A stretch of DNA of 64,000 nucleotides, taken from contig NC_057728.1 of assembly GCF_004010195.1 (NCBI RefSeq), positions 44,644,279-44,708,278 of the forward strand, written 5' to 3'. Under the pieces are notes generated by a model. The model was given only the letters and a program-made list of their open reading frames with translations. It made no database searches and was not told where the DNA came from. The translations under genes were made by a program, and so were the position numbers. Origin of the DNA: Chiloscyllium plagiosum (lineage: Eukaryota). Positions within the stretch are counted from its first letter, which is position 1. Each line of letters begins with the position of its first letter. Positions 1 through 12,957 of this stretch are shown one piece after another.

Positions 1-321
1 GATTAGATTAGATTACATTACATTACATTACATTACAGTGTGGAAACAGGCCCTTCGGCCCAACAAGTCCACACTGACCCGCCACCCACCCCTACCCCTA
101 CATTTACCCATTGCCTAACACTACGGGCAATTTAGCATGGCCAATTCACTTGACCTGCACATCTTTGGATTGTGGGAGGAAACCGGAGCACCCGGAGGTA
201 ACCCACGCAGACACTGGGAGAACGTGCAAATCCACACAGACAGTCGCCTGAGGTGGGAATTGAACCCGGGTCTCAGGCGCTGTGAGGCAGCAGTGCTAAC
301 CACTGTGCCACCATGCCGCCC
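1..321 (-). mobile_element. HE1-type tRNA-derived SINE, full length
   Basis: Minus strand starts GGGCGGCATGGTGGCACAGTGGTTAGC (Pol III A box) then GGTTCAATTCC (B box); it ends in the CR1-like tail GGGCCGAAGGGCCTGTTTCCACACTGTAA plus (TGTAA/TCTAA)n. Several similar copies occur in the window. Confidence 0.9.
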
Positions 322-482
322 ACAATGAAGGCAAGCGTGCTGAACACCTTAACCACCCAGTCTATATGTGACGCAAACTTCAAAGAACTACATACCTGCA
401 CCCCTAAGTCCCTCTTCTATAACACTATCCAAGGCCCTACAATTACTTCTTTAAGCCCTGCCCTTGTTTGTTGTACCAAAAG
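322..482 (-). mobile_element. Old CR1 LINE ORF2 fragment
   Basis: Aligns by eye with the CR1 copy at about 44130-44290 (caaagaactacatacctgcacccctaagtc vs caaggagctatgaacctgcactccaaggtc). Confidence 0.6.
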
Positions 483-649
483 GCATCAGACTTTTGACAG
501 GTTAGTAGATAGGCGCAGGGACAGTTTAGTGCAGAGAAGGCATATTATGCATTTTGTTTGAAATAAAGGAATGCAAGTGTAAACTCAATCAAATTATGCT
601 GAAGTTTCTGAAGGAACAGTGTGAGGTGACCTGAGATAGAAATGAGTCT

Positions 650-932
650 CAGTCCCAACCCTCGAACTCAGCACCACCTTCCTAACCTGCAATCTTCTTC
701 CTGACCTCTCCGCCCCCACCCCCACTCTGGCCTATCACACTCACCTTAACCTCCTTCCGCCTATCGCATTTCCAACGCCCCTCCCCCAAGTCCCTCCTCC
801 CTACCTTTTATCTTAGCCTGCTTGGCACACTCTCCTCATTCCTGAAGAAGGGCTCATGCTTGAAATGTCGATTCTCCTGGTCCTTGGATGCTGCCTGACC
901 TGCTGTGCTTTTCCAGCAACACATTTTCAGCT
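650..932 (+). mobile_element. PLE 3' terminus with pyrimidine-rich upstream part and hammerhead motif (family H1)
   Basis: C/T-rich tract, then CTGAAGA-A-GGGC-TCAT-GCTT-GAAA-TGTC (842-869), then the shared H1 body GATGCTGCCTGACCTGCTGTGCTTTTCCAGCAACACATTTTCAGCT. Confidence 0.75.
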
Positions 933-1714
933 TTTCTTGCATTCAGTTAATTTACCCTTATTATATTCTGTTTATTATATTATTTTCAGCCATTTACCCT
1001 CAAAGGAATCCACTGCAATTAAAAATCCCCAAAAAAACCCTGCAAATTTCCAATTTTACATCGGAGGATCCTGTTTTATAATGTCCATAGACTTGATATT
1101 GTCAGATTAGCATGAGAAGTTTTTGGTCTTCCTGTTAATGCAGAGAGAAAATATATTCCAGTTTTGGGGCACTGTAAAACAAAATATTGTGCTTGTGAGG
1201 GTAGGTTTAATCATTCGAAAAGTGCTGGTCATATTTAATGTAACACATAACAATAAATTTAACAATCCATTTCTGGTTCTCAGTAATTGTCATGAGAACT
1301 GTCTTTGATATGTTAATTGGTGGCACCATAAATAGCCAAATCATTCTTAATTCCTTGTAACATTTTCCATGTGATGTAGACTTTCCTTTTGTTCAACAAG
1401 CAATGTATCAGAATGCAGACATGTTTTATGAATTTCATCAAAGTACAACTCATTTTATTTAATCTCACATTGGTAAAAGTACACTATTAACTGTACTCTC
1501 TTCAGATACTGATGTGAACTGTGTGCTACCAGTAATTTCCTTTTTTTTTGACAAATTATAATGTTTTGCTGTGCATTAATACGAGTAATTCCTCACTCGA
1601 AATTGAATTGTTGGGGCCAATTTATAGTTAATATCTATGAATGAAACAAAATCTAGCAATTGTGATTAATGTAGTTAATGAACTTGTTTCCCATCAACAA
1701 TAACAAGTTCGTGG

Positions 1715-1988
1715 AATCATAGAAGTGTGGAAGCAGGCCATTTGGCCGATCAACTGTTGTCACTGACCCTCTGAACACCATCCCACCCAGACCCATTCCT
1801 CTACCTTATCTCTGTAACCCTGCATTTCCGATGGCTAATCCACCTAACGTGCACATCTCTGGTCAATATAGGCAATTTTGCATGGCCAGTTCACCCAATC
1901 TGCACATCCTTGGACTTTGGGAGGAAACTAGAGCACCCAGATGAAACCCACATAGAATTGGTAAGAATAGGCAAATTCCACACAGACA
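1715..1988 (-). mobile_element. HE1-type SINE, diverged, head missing
   Basis: ggcaattttgcatggccagttcacccaatctgcacatccttggactttgggaggaaac matches the body of the other HE1 copies. Confidence 0.8.
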
Positions 1989-2433
1989 TATTGAATGGTG
2001 AGTAGGCCTGAAGAGCCGAATGAACTATTCCTGCTCTTCTTGTACATGTTTTTAAAGGCTAATAGAGGGAGAAGGATTGAGGAGCCTCGTGAGGGGTGCA
2101 AGGGGAATGGGGGTATGGGTGAGTTTTCAAGGCTAATTAGGAATATACAAAGGGGTGGATGATCACAGGGTGGCTTCCTCCACAGGGCACAAAATACCTT
2201 TCCAAAGGAGATAATCCCCTAACTTTCCACCTTTTTCACCAAAGCTTGTGCGAAAATTTGCCTCCCACTCTTGTCAATCTTCCACTGGCCAGTAGATTAT
2301 AATAGACAAAGTGTGTGAATACCTTAACAAGTGAATAATTGAGCTCTAATGGACATACTTTCCAACCTCTCAGATTGATAGGGATTATGTTGAGCATGGA
2401 TGTGAAGGCGATGAGTTAGCATCTACATATGTT

Positions 2434-2469
2434 ACACACACACACACGCACACACACACGCACACACAC
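2434..2469. repeat. (CA)n microsatellite, interrupted
   Basis: acacacacacacacgcacacacacacgcacacacac. Confidence 0.9.
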
Positions 2470-3729
2470 CCGAAGTCAAAGAAGGCCTTCTAAGCTAGCC
2501 CCAAGTCTTTGACTGGAGCTTGCATCAATTGTCTGAATTCTAAGTCAGAAGTATTACCACTGAACCAAGATCTATAAAGGCACTGATATAAATTCATCAT
2601 TAATTCCCATCTACCATCAATACCAGAAGAATATGTAACTTTTAAGGAATTAAAGCTTAGTGCTGAGTACATAGGATAAATACATTTCCAGGATCAGCAA
2701 GTTCAGACTAAACAAGCATGACCTGAAGTGGATTAATAAACAAATCGAAAGTAAAATAAAGCTGGAAAATTATGTCTGCAAACACTGCAGAGGGAAAGGT
2801 CAAGGAGTTCACTGGGAGAACAGAGTAAGGTATAGAAATACATAAAGACGTAGTGCATACCTAAGGATGGTTCTCTATGTTAATGCGTGCTGTAAAGATG
2901 AATATGGCAAAAATGTTAAGGTGGTCACAGGTTCAAAGGAAGGGAAAATAAAAGAAGCTTATCGTTCAAAGGGAAATGTGTAACAATTAGAAATTGTATT
3001 ATTATCTCAACAATGAGAGAGCAATCAGGCAAAATGGGACAAACTTAAAAGATGTAAACAGACTAGAAATAAAGGGGAAAATTTTAACTTGCAGGAATAC
3101 TTAAGTTTGGAAGTGGCATCAGTTTAAAATTATTGAAATTGATGCTGCTTTCAGAAGTCAGCTCCACCTGCCGTTTTCCATATTTGACGACAGCAAATTA
3201 AACTGTATAGTTACAATCATTTCAAGAGAGGCATACTGCCAAATTTAATATGTTAATTGCTCAGTTACATCAAAATTAACATTGTTTTTACAATTGAACT
3301 GTGGTTCCACTCATTTCCTGGAATCGCCAATGGAAGTAAAGCAAGAGTACAATGGTAAGTTATGACAGGGAAATATGCTAATTATTACTGAAACCTCACA
3401 GCTGTTTTCTTGCCTGTTTATATGAAAGGTTTTGTTCAAACCACTTGGGCTGAGATTATTGTCATGGCTGGAAAATGGCTACATCAGACCCCGACGTTGG
3501 ATTTCTTTTCGATTATGTTAGTTTGGTTTGGACCTCAGAAAAGGTTAACACCAACAGGCGAATAGACAGTATCAGACTGCTCCTCACAGATATATCACAC
3601 CTCAGGAGAGAAGTAATGAACTTTGGGCTGAGAACACAGGAGACCAAGCCTGCAAAGCCTAAGGTATAGGGAAAGGATCAGTTTCGTTAACATATCAGAA
3701 CATCAAGAGACATTGGTAAAATCTTACAC

Positions 3730-6273
3730 TCTGCCTCCCACTAAACAGTCAAAGGGAAATTGAGAAACAAATTTGTAAGGAGATCTCAGCTATCTGTAAG
3801 AATAATAGGGTGATTATGGTAGGGGATTTTAACTTTCCAAACATAGACTGGGACTGCCATAGTGTTAAGGGTTTAGATGGAGAGGAATCTGTTAAGTGTG
3901 GACAAGAAAATTTTCTGATTCAATATGTGGATGTACCTACTAGAGAAGGTGCAAAACTTGATTTACTCTTGGGAAATAGGACAGGGCAGATGACTGAGGT
4001 GTCACTGGGAGAGCACTTTGGGGCCAGCGACCATAATTCTATCAGATTTAAAATAGTGATGGAAAAGGATAGACCAGATCTAAAAGTTGAAGTTCTAAAC
4101 TGGAGAAAGGCCAATTTTGACAGTATTAAGGCAAGAACTTTCGAAAGCTGATTGGGGGCAGATGTTCGCATGTAAAGGTACGGTTGGAAAATGGGAAGCC
4201 TTCAGAAATGAGATAACGAGAATCCAGAGAAAGTATATTCCTGTTAGGGTGAAAGAGAAGGCTGGGGGGTATAGCGAATGATGGATGACTAAAGAAATTA
4301 AAGGTTTGGTTAAGGAAAAGAAGGAAGCATATGTAAGGTACAGACAGGATAAATCGAGTGAACCCTTAGAAGAGTATAAAGGCATAAGAGTATACTTAAG
4401 AGGGAAATCTGGACGGCAAAAAGGGGACATGAGATAGCTTTGGCAAATAGAATTAAGGAGAATCCAAAGGGTTTTTACAAATACATTAAGGACAAAAGTG
4501 TAACTAGGGAGAGAATAGGGCCCCTCAAAGGTTAGTAAGGCAGCCTTTGTGTGGAGCCACAGAAAATGGGGGAGATACTAAGCGAGCATTTTGCATCAGT
4601 AGTTACTGTGGAAAAGGAAATGAAAGATATAGAGTTTAGGTAAATAGCTGGTGACCCCTTGCAAAATGTCCAAATTACAGAGGAGGAAGTGCTGGATGTC
4701 TTGAAACGCATTAAGGTGGATAAATCGCCAGGACCTGATTAGGTGTACCCTAGAACTCTGTGGGAAGCTGGGGAAGTGATTTCTGGGCCTCTTGCTGAGA
4801 TGTTTTCATCATCAATAGTCACAGGTGAGGTGCTGGAAGACTGAAGGTTGGCGAAGGTGGTGCCACTGTTTAAGAAGAGTAGTAAGGACAAGCCAGGGAA
4901 CTATAGACCAGTGAGCCTGACCTTGGTGGTGGGGAAGTTGTTGGAGAGAATCCTGAGGGACAGGATGTACATGTATTTGGAAAGGCAAGGACTGATTAGG
5001 GATAATCAACATGGCTTTGTGCATGGGAAATCATGTCGCACAAACTTGATTGAGTTTTTGAAGAAGTAACAAAGAGGATTGATGAGGGCAGAGCGGTAGG
5101 TGTGATCTATATGGACTTCAGTAAGGCATTTGACAAGGTTCCTCATGGGAGATTGATTAGCAAGGTTAGATCTCACAGAATACAGGGAGAACTAGCCATT
5201 TGGATACAGAACTGGCTCAAAGGTAGAAGTCAGAGAGTGGTGGTGGAAGGTAGTTTTTCAAACTGGAGGCTTGTGACCAGTGAAGTGCCACAAGGATCAG
5301 TGCTGGGTCCTCTACTTTTTGTCATTTACATAAATGTTTTGGATGCAAGCATAAGTGGTACAGTTAGTAAGTTTGCAGATGATACCAAGTGGACAGCAAA
5401 GAGGGTTATCTCAGATTACAACAGGATCTTGACCAAGTGGGTCAATGGACAGAGAAGTGGCAGATGGAGTTTAATTCAGATAAATGCAAGGTGGTGTATT
5501 TTGGGAAGGCAAATCTTAGCAGGGCGTATATACTTGATGGTAAGGTCCTAGGGAGTGTCGCTGAACAAACAGACCTTGGAGTGCAGGTTTATAGTTCCTT
5601 GAAAGTGGAGTTGCAGGTAGATAGGATAGTGAAGAAGGTGTTTGGTATGCTTTCCTTTCTTGGTCAGAGTATTGAGTACAGGAGTTGGGAGGTCATGTTG
5701 CGGCTGTACAGGACATTGGTTAGGCCACTGTTGGAATATTGCATGCAATTCTGGTCTTCTTCCTATCGGAAAGATGTTGTGAAACTTGAAAAGGTTCAGA
5801 AAATATTTACAAGGATGTTGCCAGGGTTGGAGGTTTTGAGCTATAGGGAGAGGCTGAATTGGCTGGGACTGTTTCCCTGGAGCGTCGGAGGCTGAGGGGT
5901 GACGTTATAGAGGTTTACAAAATTATGAGGGTCATGGATAGGATAAATAGACAAAGTCTTTTCTCTGGGGTGGGGGAATCCATAACTAGAGGGCATAGGT
6001 TTAGGGTGAGAGGGGAAAGATATAAAAGAGACCTAAGGGGCAACGTTTTTACACACAGTGGTACGTGTATGGAATGAGCTGACAGAGGAAGTAGTGGTGG
6101 CTGGTACAATTGCAACATTTTAGAGGCATTTGGATGGGTATGTGAATAGGAAGGGTTTGGAGGGATATGAGCCGGTTGCTGGAAGGTAGGACTAGATTGG
6201 GATGGGATATCTGGTCGGCATGGACGGGTTGAACCGAAGGGTCTGTTTCCATACTGTACATCTCTTTGACTCT
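3730..6273 (+). mobile_element. CR1 (HER1-like) LINE, 5'-truncated, about 2.5 kb, ORF2 disrupted
   Basis: Endonuclease motifs GDFNFP, LDLLL, SDHN (ORF 3810); RT motifs [41 protein letters not shown]-terminal LVRPLLEYC; 3' UTR ending GGTCTGTTTCCATACTGTACATCTCTTTGACTCT. Multiple stops and frameshifts. Confidence 0.95.
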
Positions 6274-6369
6274 CAACAGGTGACTGGTGCCCTGTTTGCC
6301 AGCCAGAGTGAACAGCCACTTGGTTTGCAGCTCTAGCTTGTTTCCCATTTTTGAACTGTGCCCATGTGG

Positions 6370-6620
6370 CACAGTGCTGCTAGGAAGTGAGTTGCAAGTT
6401 TTTCACCCACTGATGGTGAAGGAAGGGTGATATATTTTCAAATCAGGATGGTATGCAACCTAGAGGGGAACATGGAGATGGTGACATTCCCATTCGCCAA
6501 CTACCCTTGTTCTTCCAAGTGATGGAGGCCATAGGTTTGGAAGATGCTGTTGAAGAAATCCTGGTGAATTGAGTATATCATGGGAATAATACGCATTGCT
6601 GCTATAGTGCACTGGCGATA
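6370..6620 (-). mobile_element. Second LINE family (CR1/L2 clade), 3' fragment
   Basis: Similar to 44680-44905 and to the reverse complement of 41725-42000 (gaggggaacatggagatggtgacattcccat...ggtttggaagatgctg). Confidence 0.65.
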
Positions 6621-7019
6621 GAGGAACTGGATGGTCTGAACTGCCCTTTCCAAAGTGTAACAAATTCAGGGACAAACCTCTAAAATCTACGATCAAAGTT
6701 TCGAATATTTAAACATGTATAACAGTTTTAACAGATATCATAAATTAAAATCATAATTAAAATCCTTATCTGACTTTAAGCTGGAGACTGACCTCATGGT
6801 GTGTGTCTCCAGCTCATGGCATCACTAGGGACAATGCCAATGTATCACACTGGAAGATACTCTTCTGATACTATGCCCTGCTGCAAGCAAAGGTGAACAT
6901 TTTCAATGCAACCGACAAACAAGTTAAGTACAGATATTTTTCTGTAGTCAGCTACTGGTTCAAAGCTGACAGGAAAATCTGAACCAATACTTAAAATTGG
7001 AGCTGATCAAGTAGAATCC

Positions 7020-7295
7020 CTTGCCCTGGATGATGTCATTTCTTGAGTGTTGTAGGAACTTTACTTATCCAAGCAAATAGAGGGTACAGTGTTCCATCAA
7101 ACTCCTGACTTATGCTTTGTAAATGGTGAACAGGTTATGGAGAGTAAGGAGATGAGTTACTCATTACGGCATTCCCACCCTCTGACCTGCTCTTGTGACA
7201 ACAGTATTTCTATGATCAGTCCAATTTAGTTTTTGCTCATGTTATTGCGATGGATGTTGATTGTGGTGATAGAATGATAGTAATGCCGGTGAAGA
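7020..7295 (-). mobile_element. Second LINE family, internal fragment
   Basis: Degenerate LINE ORF2 C-terminal-like sequence (ttcttgagtgttgtaggaac...ctctgacctgctcttgt); recognised by pattern only. Confidence 0.45.
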
Positions 7296-7323
7296 GGAAA
7301 TGGAGGTGATTAGATTTTTAAAA

Positions 7324-7419
7324 AAGACAGAAATTGCTGGAAAATCTCAGCAGGCCTGGCAGCAACTGTGGACAGAAATCAGGTTTAGCGTTTCGGATAG
7401 AGTGACCCTTCCTCAAAAC
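7324..7419 (-). mobile_element. PLE terminus with decayed hammerhead motif (family H2)
   Basis: Minus strand reads TTGAGGA-A-GGGTCACTCTATCC-GAAA-CGCTA, then TGCTGCCAGGCCTGCTGAGATTTTCCAGCA, related to the H1 body. Confidence 0.6.
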
Positions 7420-7422
7420 ATC

Positions 7423-8017
7423 TGCTTATAGCACCAGGGACCTGGGTTAGATTCTACCCTCAGGCAACTGTCTGTTTGGAGTTTGCACCTTCTCCCTCTA
7501 TCTACAGGGGTTTTCTCCAGGTGCTCTGGTTTCCTCCCACAGTTGGAAAATGTGCAGGTTAGGTGGATTGGCCATGCAAAATTGCCCATAATGTGCATAG
7601 ATGTGCAGCCAAATGGATTAGCCATGGGTGGCATGGTGGCTCAGTTGTTAGCAGTGTTGCCTCACAGCACCAGGGTCCCAGGTTCAATTCCATCCTTGGG
7701 CGACTGTCTGTTTGGCATTTGCACATTCTCCCTGTGTCTGCGTGGGTTTCCTCCCACAGTCCAAAGATGTGCAGGACAGATGAATTGGCCATGCTAAATT
7801 GCCCATCGTGTTAGGTGCATGAATCAGAGGGAAATGGTCTGGGTGGGTTACTCTTCGGAGGGTCGGTGTGGACTTGGTGGGCCGAAGTTTCCACACTGTA
7901 GGGAATCTAATCCATAGGGCTCGGAAATGGGCCAGATCTGGGTGCAATGCTTTTCGGAGTGTCAGTGTGGACTCGATGGGCTGAATGGCTCGTTTCCACA
8001 CTGTTGTAATTCTATGT
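7423..8017 (+). mobile_element. Older HE1-type SINE split by a nested HE1 copy (7626-7911)
   Basis: The outer copy's B box and body (7423-7625) resume at 7912-8017 with the 3' tail. The inner copy has its own head GGGTGGCATGGTGGCTCAG and tail TTTCCACACTGTAGGGAATCTAAT. Confidence 0.8.
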
Positions 8018-8877
8018 TAGCCAGGCAGACTTTCAAGAGCCAACTGGAGAGAGTGCGTTTTTGTTGTTCTTGAAGCCTCTGTCAATATTAGATGGTTAAT
8101 CTGATTTTAGTCTGATTCAATGCTTTTTGTATCAGTGTGGCTGCTGCTCAGAGGACATTAAGAATCAATCTATTGCTAGTGTACATGGTCAAAACAGTGC
8201 AGACCGTGCCATATTTTCCTAATGTTTTCAAATGACAAATGACAATGACAAGCTATTTCTGAGGTGAAACTATGGATCAAGTTTATTAGGTATGATTGAC
8301 AGAAGCAAGAATAAAGACAGCAGTATATTGAACTAGTTAAATACCTAACTTAAATTGCAGTGTCTCTTTCAAAACTGAATATCTCAGTGTTCTCACATGT
8401 TTCACAAGGTGTGCCATCTTTAAATAGTTTTAAATTTGAAAAGCAACTGCGAGAACATGGAGACAAACAGCTGAAACAAATCAGCCTTTCTACCTCTGTA
8501 TTCGCAAAATAGTGAAATTAAACCAAACAACCCCAAATAATCACGCCAATGGTTCCGAACCAGAATTTTGAATAATCAATCCCAAACTTTGTGAATAATT
8601 AATTTCCAGACACCAATTCTGTAGCACCAATAACTTTAGCAGAAAGAAAATTAAATAACATAGTAATGTCTCTGGTTTAAGGCCAAAACATTTCAGCCCC
8701 CATTCACGAAAAAGTCAGACAGACAAACAAATAAACAAACATAGTTAGGGGAAAAGTAAAAGAACCAATGAAGATACATTACTTACATGGCTTTCCTAAT
8801 GCATTTTTTCACTGGCAAAAATGTGGACTTCTTGGTTGTATTTCTGAAATGTTGATCAGGGTCACCTTCTCAGTTCA

Positions 8878-8967
8878 GATAAGAGTGATGCTGGAAAAGC
8901 ACAGCAGGTCAGGCAGCATCCGAGGAGCAGGAAAATCGATGTTTCAGGCAAAAGCCCTTCATCAGGA
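8878..8967 (-). mobile_element. 90-bp hammerhead-bearing PLE mini-insert (H1) with 14-bp TSD
   Basis: TSD ACCTTCTCAGTTCA at 8864-8877 and 8968-8981. Minus strand reads CTGATGA-A-GGGC-TTTT-GCCT-GAAA-CATC. Confidence 0.85.
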
Positions 8968-9073
8968 ACCTTCTCAGTTCACTCAGACAAAAGTGGCAAT
9001 GCCTCTAACTCAGTTTTCTACCCTCTGGGCTTCTGGAGGTTAGTGTAACAGATTAGGCAGGAAACTTTCAAAC

Positions 9074-9653
9074 GTACAGGACATTGGTTAGGCAACTATG
9101 GAATATTGCATGCAATTCTGATCTCTCTGATATAAGAAGAATGCTGTGAAACTTGAAAGGGTTCCAAAAAGATTTACAAGGATGCAGCCAGGGTTGGAAG
9201 GGTTGAGCTATAGGGAGAGGCTGAATAGGCTGGGACTATTTTCCCTGGAGCATCAGAGGCTGAGAAGTGTCCTTTTAGAGATTTATAAAATCATGAAGGG
9301 CATGGATAAGATGAATATTCGAGGTCTTTTTTTCCTGGAGTGGGACAGTCCAAAACTAGAGGGCATAGATTTAAGATAAGAGGGGAAAGATTTAAAGGGA
9401 CCCAAAGGACTATTTGTTCTTGCAGAGGATTGTGGTGTGTATGGAATGAGCTGCCTGAGGAAGTGGTGGAGGCTAGTACAATTGCAACATTTAAAAGGCA
9501 TCTGGATGGGTATATGAATAGGAAGGATTTATAGGGATATGGGCCAAATCTTGGCATATAGGACTAGATTTATTTAGGTTAGCTGGTTGGCATGGGCGAG
9601 TTGGACCAAAGGGTCTGTTTATGTGCTGTAGATCTCTATAACTCAATGATTCT
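9074..9653 (+). mobile_element. CR1 LINE 3' fragment
   Basis: KLERVPKRFTRMQPGLEGLSYRERLNRLGLFSLE, WNELPEEVVEA, and the CR1 3' UTR. Confidence 0.92.
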
Positions 9654-10859
9654 AAAACTGATATCATGCTACTGAAAGAAAAGAGTTTGAAAGCATGTAG
9701 AGTTCTGTGTCCCTGTCACAAACCTTTCCCAGCTATTAATGCACTTCGAGAAGGAAATGGAGCAGGCAACTGACCAAGAGACTGTGGAGATGAACACCAC
9801 AACCCAAAAGTATTTGAAGATCTGGCACAGTAGAAAACAAAATCCATTGTAAGTTTAAGATCATGTATCTGTATAATTGCTGCATGTAGTGAGCCCACAG
9901 TCTTGGTCAGACTAAGGGAGAATTATGCAATCATCTGCAATCAGGCTTGTAGACTGCACTACTGTATGGACGGGTGTGATTTTATACACACAATTTGATT
10001 TGTGCATCTATTTTAGCATTTTAGCAATTCTCCTGTTGTAAGATGGGACCACCATTGTTTCATTCATTATTTCTAATTGCTATAGTTTGCAGAGTCTGTT
10101 TGAATAGCATCAGTGTGCTGTAAATTCCGCTTGCCTCCCCACCACCACCACCAACTTCTTCCAACTCATTTTCTGACACACTGCTGTATTTTCAGGGAAA
10201 GAGAAGGAATCAAAAATCACACGATCTACACAACCATGAACTATCTATGTTGGAGTACCAGTGCAGACTACAGTATATATGTGTTCTCCTTCTCCACAAG
10301 AAGCTTCCAACTGTACAAGAATCAAGAAAGCATCCAAACTTTCAATACTTCCCTTCCACCAAAGATCTAAAAATGGGACAGATCTCCTGTCCATCAGAAT
10401 GGGGTCTTCTATTCGGTCTGATTCTTCAGGCTTTATGCCAATGAGATTGATTTTGTCTTGATGTAGTCAATTGACATTTTTCAATTCTGAACATTGAAAT
10501 TGCATGTCTCCATTTGTTCAAAGAATTTCCATTTTAATATTCTGAGACACCAGGGGATGACTCTTTGAAAGTAAGTCAGAATGTAATCAATGTCATCATT
10601 TATTATTAAACGCATTAAATCCTGAACTATTTACTTAACTGTATTAAGCATCTAATTAATGTCCTCTGAAGAAGCTAATTGATACTACATAAATGAGTTT
10701 GGGTATAATATTCATAATTTTTAAGTCAATACATGAATAAAGTTACACTTTAATAAATCACTGAAATGATTCTACATCAATATTTTGAAGTAGAGCAATG
10801 GAGCTCCCCCCAGTGTTCTGACCAAATACGTAAACCCCAACAGCTGAAACAGATTACAG

Positions 10860-11015
10860 TATCTGATTATTATCACACTACTATTTGTCAGACCTTGCTG
10901 TGCGCAAATTGGCTACTGGGTTTCCTGTATTACAATAGGGTGGCTATATTTAAAATGGGCTTCATAAGCTTTAAAGTACTTTGGGCCATTCTGAAAGACA
11001 CAATATGACTAAATG
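10860..11015 (+). mobile_element. Deu-domain-type SINE, 3' part
   Basis: ccttgctgtgcgcaaattggctactgggtttcctgtattacaata resembles 55075-55205. Confidence 0.55.
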
Positions 11016-11020
11016 TCTGG

Positions 11021-11125
11021 GGGTTCTTCTGGTGCAGTGATAGTGTCCCTGCCTCTGATCAAGAAGGCCTGATGTCATGCCCCACCTGCTCCGAAGATGA
11101 GTAATACCACATCTGAACAATTTAA
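11021..11125 (+). mobile_element. Short tRNA-like SINE (second copy at about 12325-12420)
   Basis: A-box-like GGTGCAGTGATAG; shares ctctga..cagga / ctgctcc..ag / taata..ca..tctgaaca with 12325-12420. Confidence 0.5.
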
Positions 11126-11565
11126 TTTCAATATTCTGCAACGCCAAGTCTTTTCATCCATATCAATTTTTCCAGCCTTCCTTCTCATTCATCATAAGGT
11201 ACAAAGTAAACTGCGATAATAACCATTTTACTGGTCCACTGCACTCAAACTTTGACATTCTCTCCTCTAGAATCTTTGTAAAACTATGTCCTCTGTGCTA
11301 GGCTTTGTGCTGGGAAAAGTCGGATTTTTCTTTGTGTGATGTCTCTTTAAGAACAAAATATTTTGATGAGTATTTTGCTTGCGTTCCTGATTGTAAGTTC
11401 ATGGGGTTGCATCAGGATAAGCAGCTGGGGGCTGTGTCAAAATATTTTATGATGAAATATTCTTTCTGTTTAGCTGTTTCAAAGGCTGGAAATTTATGAA
11501 AAGAGGATTTTTTTCAGTTTTGTAAAAGATAACTGGATCCTGGTGTTGAAATATGTCCCTGAGAA

Positions 11566-12050
11566 CAGTCCCAAGATGTCACTGCAGGAATTTCTCAAAG
11601 TAATGTCCTAGGCCTAACCATCTTCTACTGCTTCATCAATAACCTTCCCGCTCTCCTAAGTCAGAATGGGATGTCCCCAGGTGATTTCACAATGTTCAGC
11701 ACAATTCATGACTTCTCAGATATTGAAGGCATCTGCGTCCATATGCAGCAAGACCTGGATATCAATCAGGCTAGGACTGATAAGTTGCAAGTACGTAGAT
11801 GAGAACACCACCACCCACAAGTTCCCCTTCAAATCATACAACAATCTAACTCAGAATATATTGTCATTCCTTCACTATGTGAAATTAAAATCCTGCAAAT
11901 CCCTTTCTAAATGCCCTGTGGATCCGTCAATACCATATACATTGCATCAGGTGGGAAAGGCAGCTTTCCACTAAATCTCAGGGGGAGTTATGAATGGAGA
12001 ATAATTACTGACATGGCAAGAAACACCCATATTCCATGAGAGAATTAAAA
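11566..12050 (+). mobile_element. Second LINE family (CR1/L2 clade): RT fragment joined to its 3' end
   Basis: Decayed [14 protein letters not shown] motif (GISQSNVLGLTIFYCFINNLP) and MQQDLD...DKLQV, then an abrupt jump to the 3' region (caagttccccttcaaatc) similar to 41870-42090. Confidence 0.65.
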
Positions 12051-12324
12051 AGAAGCAGAGACTGGGTATACCGTTGGATTAGACAGAACACTGAATCCAG
12101 GAGGCATGAGATTTTTGTGAATTGAGCAATTATCTGTCCTTTGCTGTCATTGAAATAGCACTCACCAGAGGTGTACAGAGGTTGATAAAATAGTCTCTGG
12201 GGATTCTCTGCCTTGTCTGTTGTCGTGATCTGAGTGAAGGAGGGTTTCTAGATGCACACTTTTTTTAGTTGCGAAAGTATATCTGGAAGTAGAATGGAAC
12301 ACAACTACATTTAATCCAACTCAA

Positions 12325-12420
12325 GGGCTTTTGTGGTACAGCAGTTCCTGCTTCTGAGCCAGGACGCTCAATTCCCAGCTGCTCCAGAGGTGTGTAATAA
12401 CATCTCTGAACAGGTTAATT
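12325..12420 (+). mobile_element. Short tRNA-like SINE
   Basis: Similar to 11021-11125 (ctgctccagaggtgtgtaataacatctctgaacagg). Confidence 0.5.
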
Positions 12421-12957
12421 TAAAATTATCGAATGGACAAAGGGAGTCCTTCAGTGTCAAGACTAAGTTGAAAACACATTTGTGCAGTAAGGATAGCAAG
12501 GTACTTTTTGTTGCTATCTTTTTTTAATTTGAAATATTCTTCATTGTGATTAAATGTTTAATTACAATTGCGTTCATTTGAGTTAGGTTGTTGAAGTCAA
12601 AGTTCTAAAAAGCAAAATCTTGCCAAATAGTTTTCCACTGATATTATGAGTATTCCTTTCTTTTTGAAAATCTATGAAAATTGTGATAATTATGATTATC
12701 ATCATTTACAAAAAAACAAGCCCAGAACTGTCTTATATTTAAACATGCACACTGTCACCCTACTATTAAATTACATTTTTTGTTGGTTTTTTAACAACAA
12801 CTTAACAGAAAAGATTACACAGACATAGGAAAAGGATTGGCAAGTGGGACTAACTGGATTGTCTTTCAACAGAGCTTGGCCTCCCGATGTGTTATACAGT
12901 ATATTCTATGCGTTCTACAATCCTAATGAAAAATCTAAGATATCGGAGATTGCTGTA

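Noticed and set aside
250..321. tRNA gene
   Set aside because: The A and B boxes belong to a SINE head that continues into the HE1 body; no acceptor stem or terminator. The same applies to the other SINE heads.
3810..6077. ORFs with endonuclease and RT motifs as a functional gene
   Set aside because: Fragmented by stops and frameshifts (including a 13-bp deletion after FADDTK relative to the copy at about 44400) and 5'-truncated; a dead CR1 copy.
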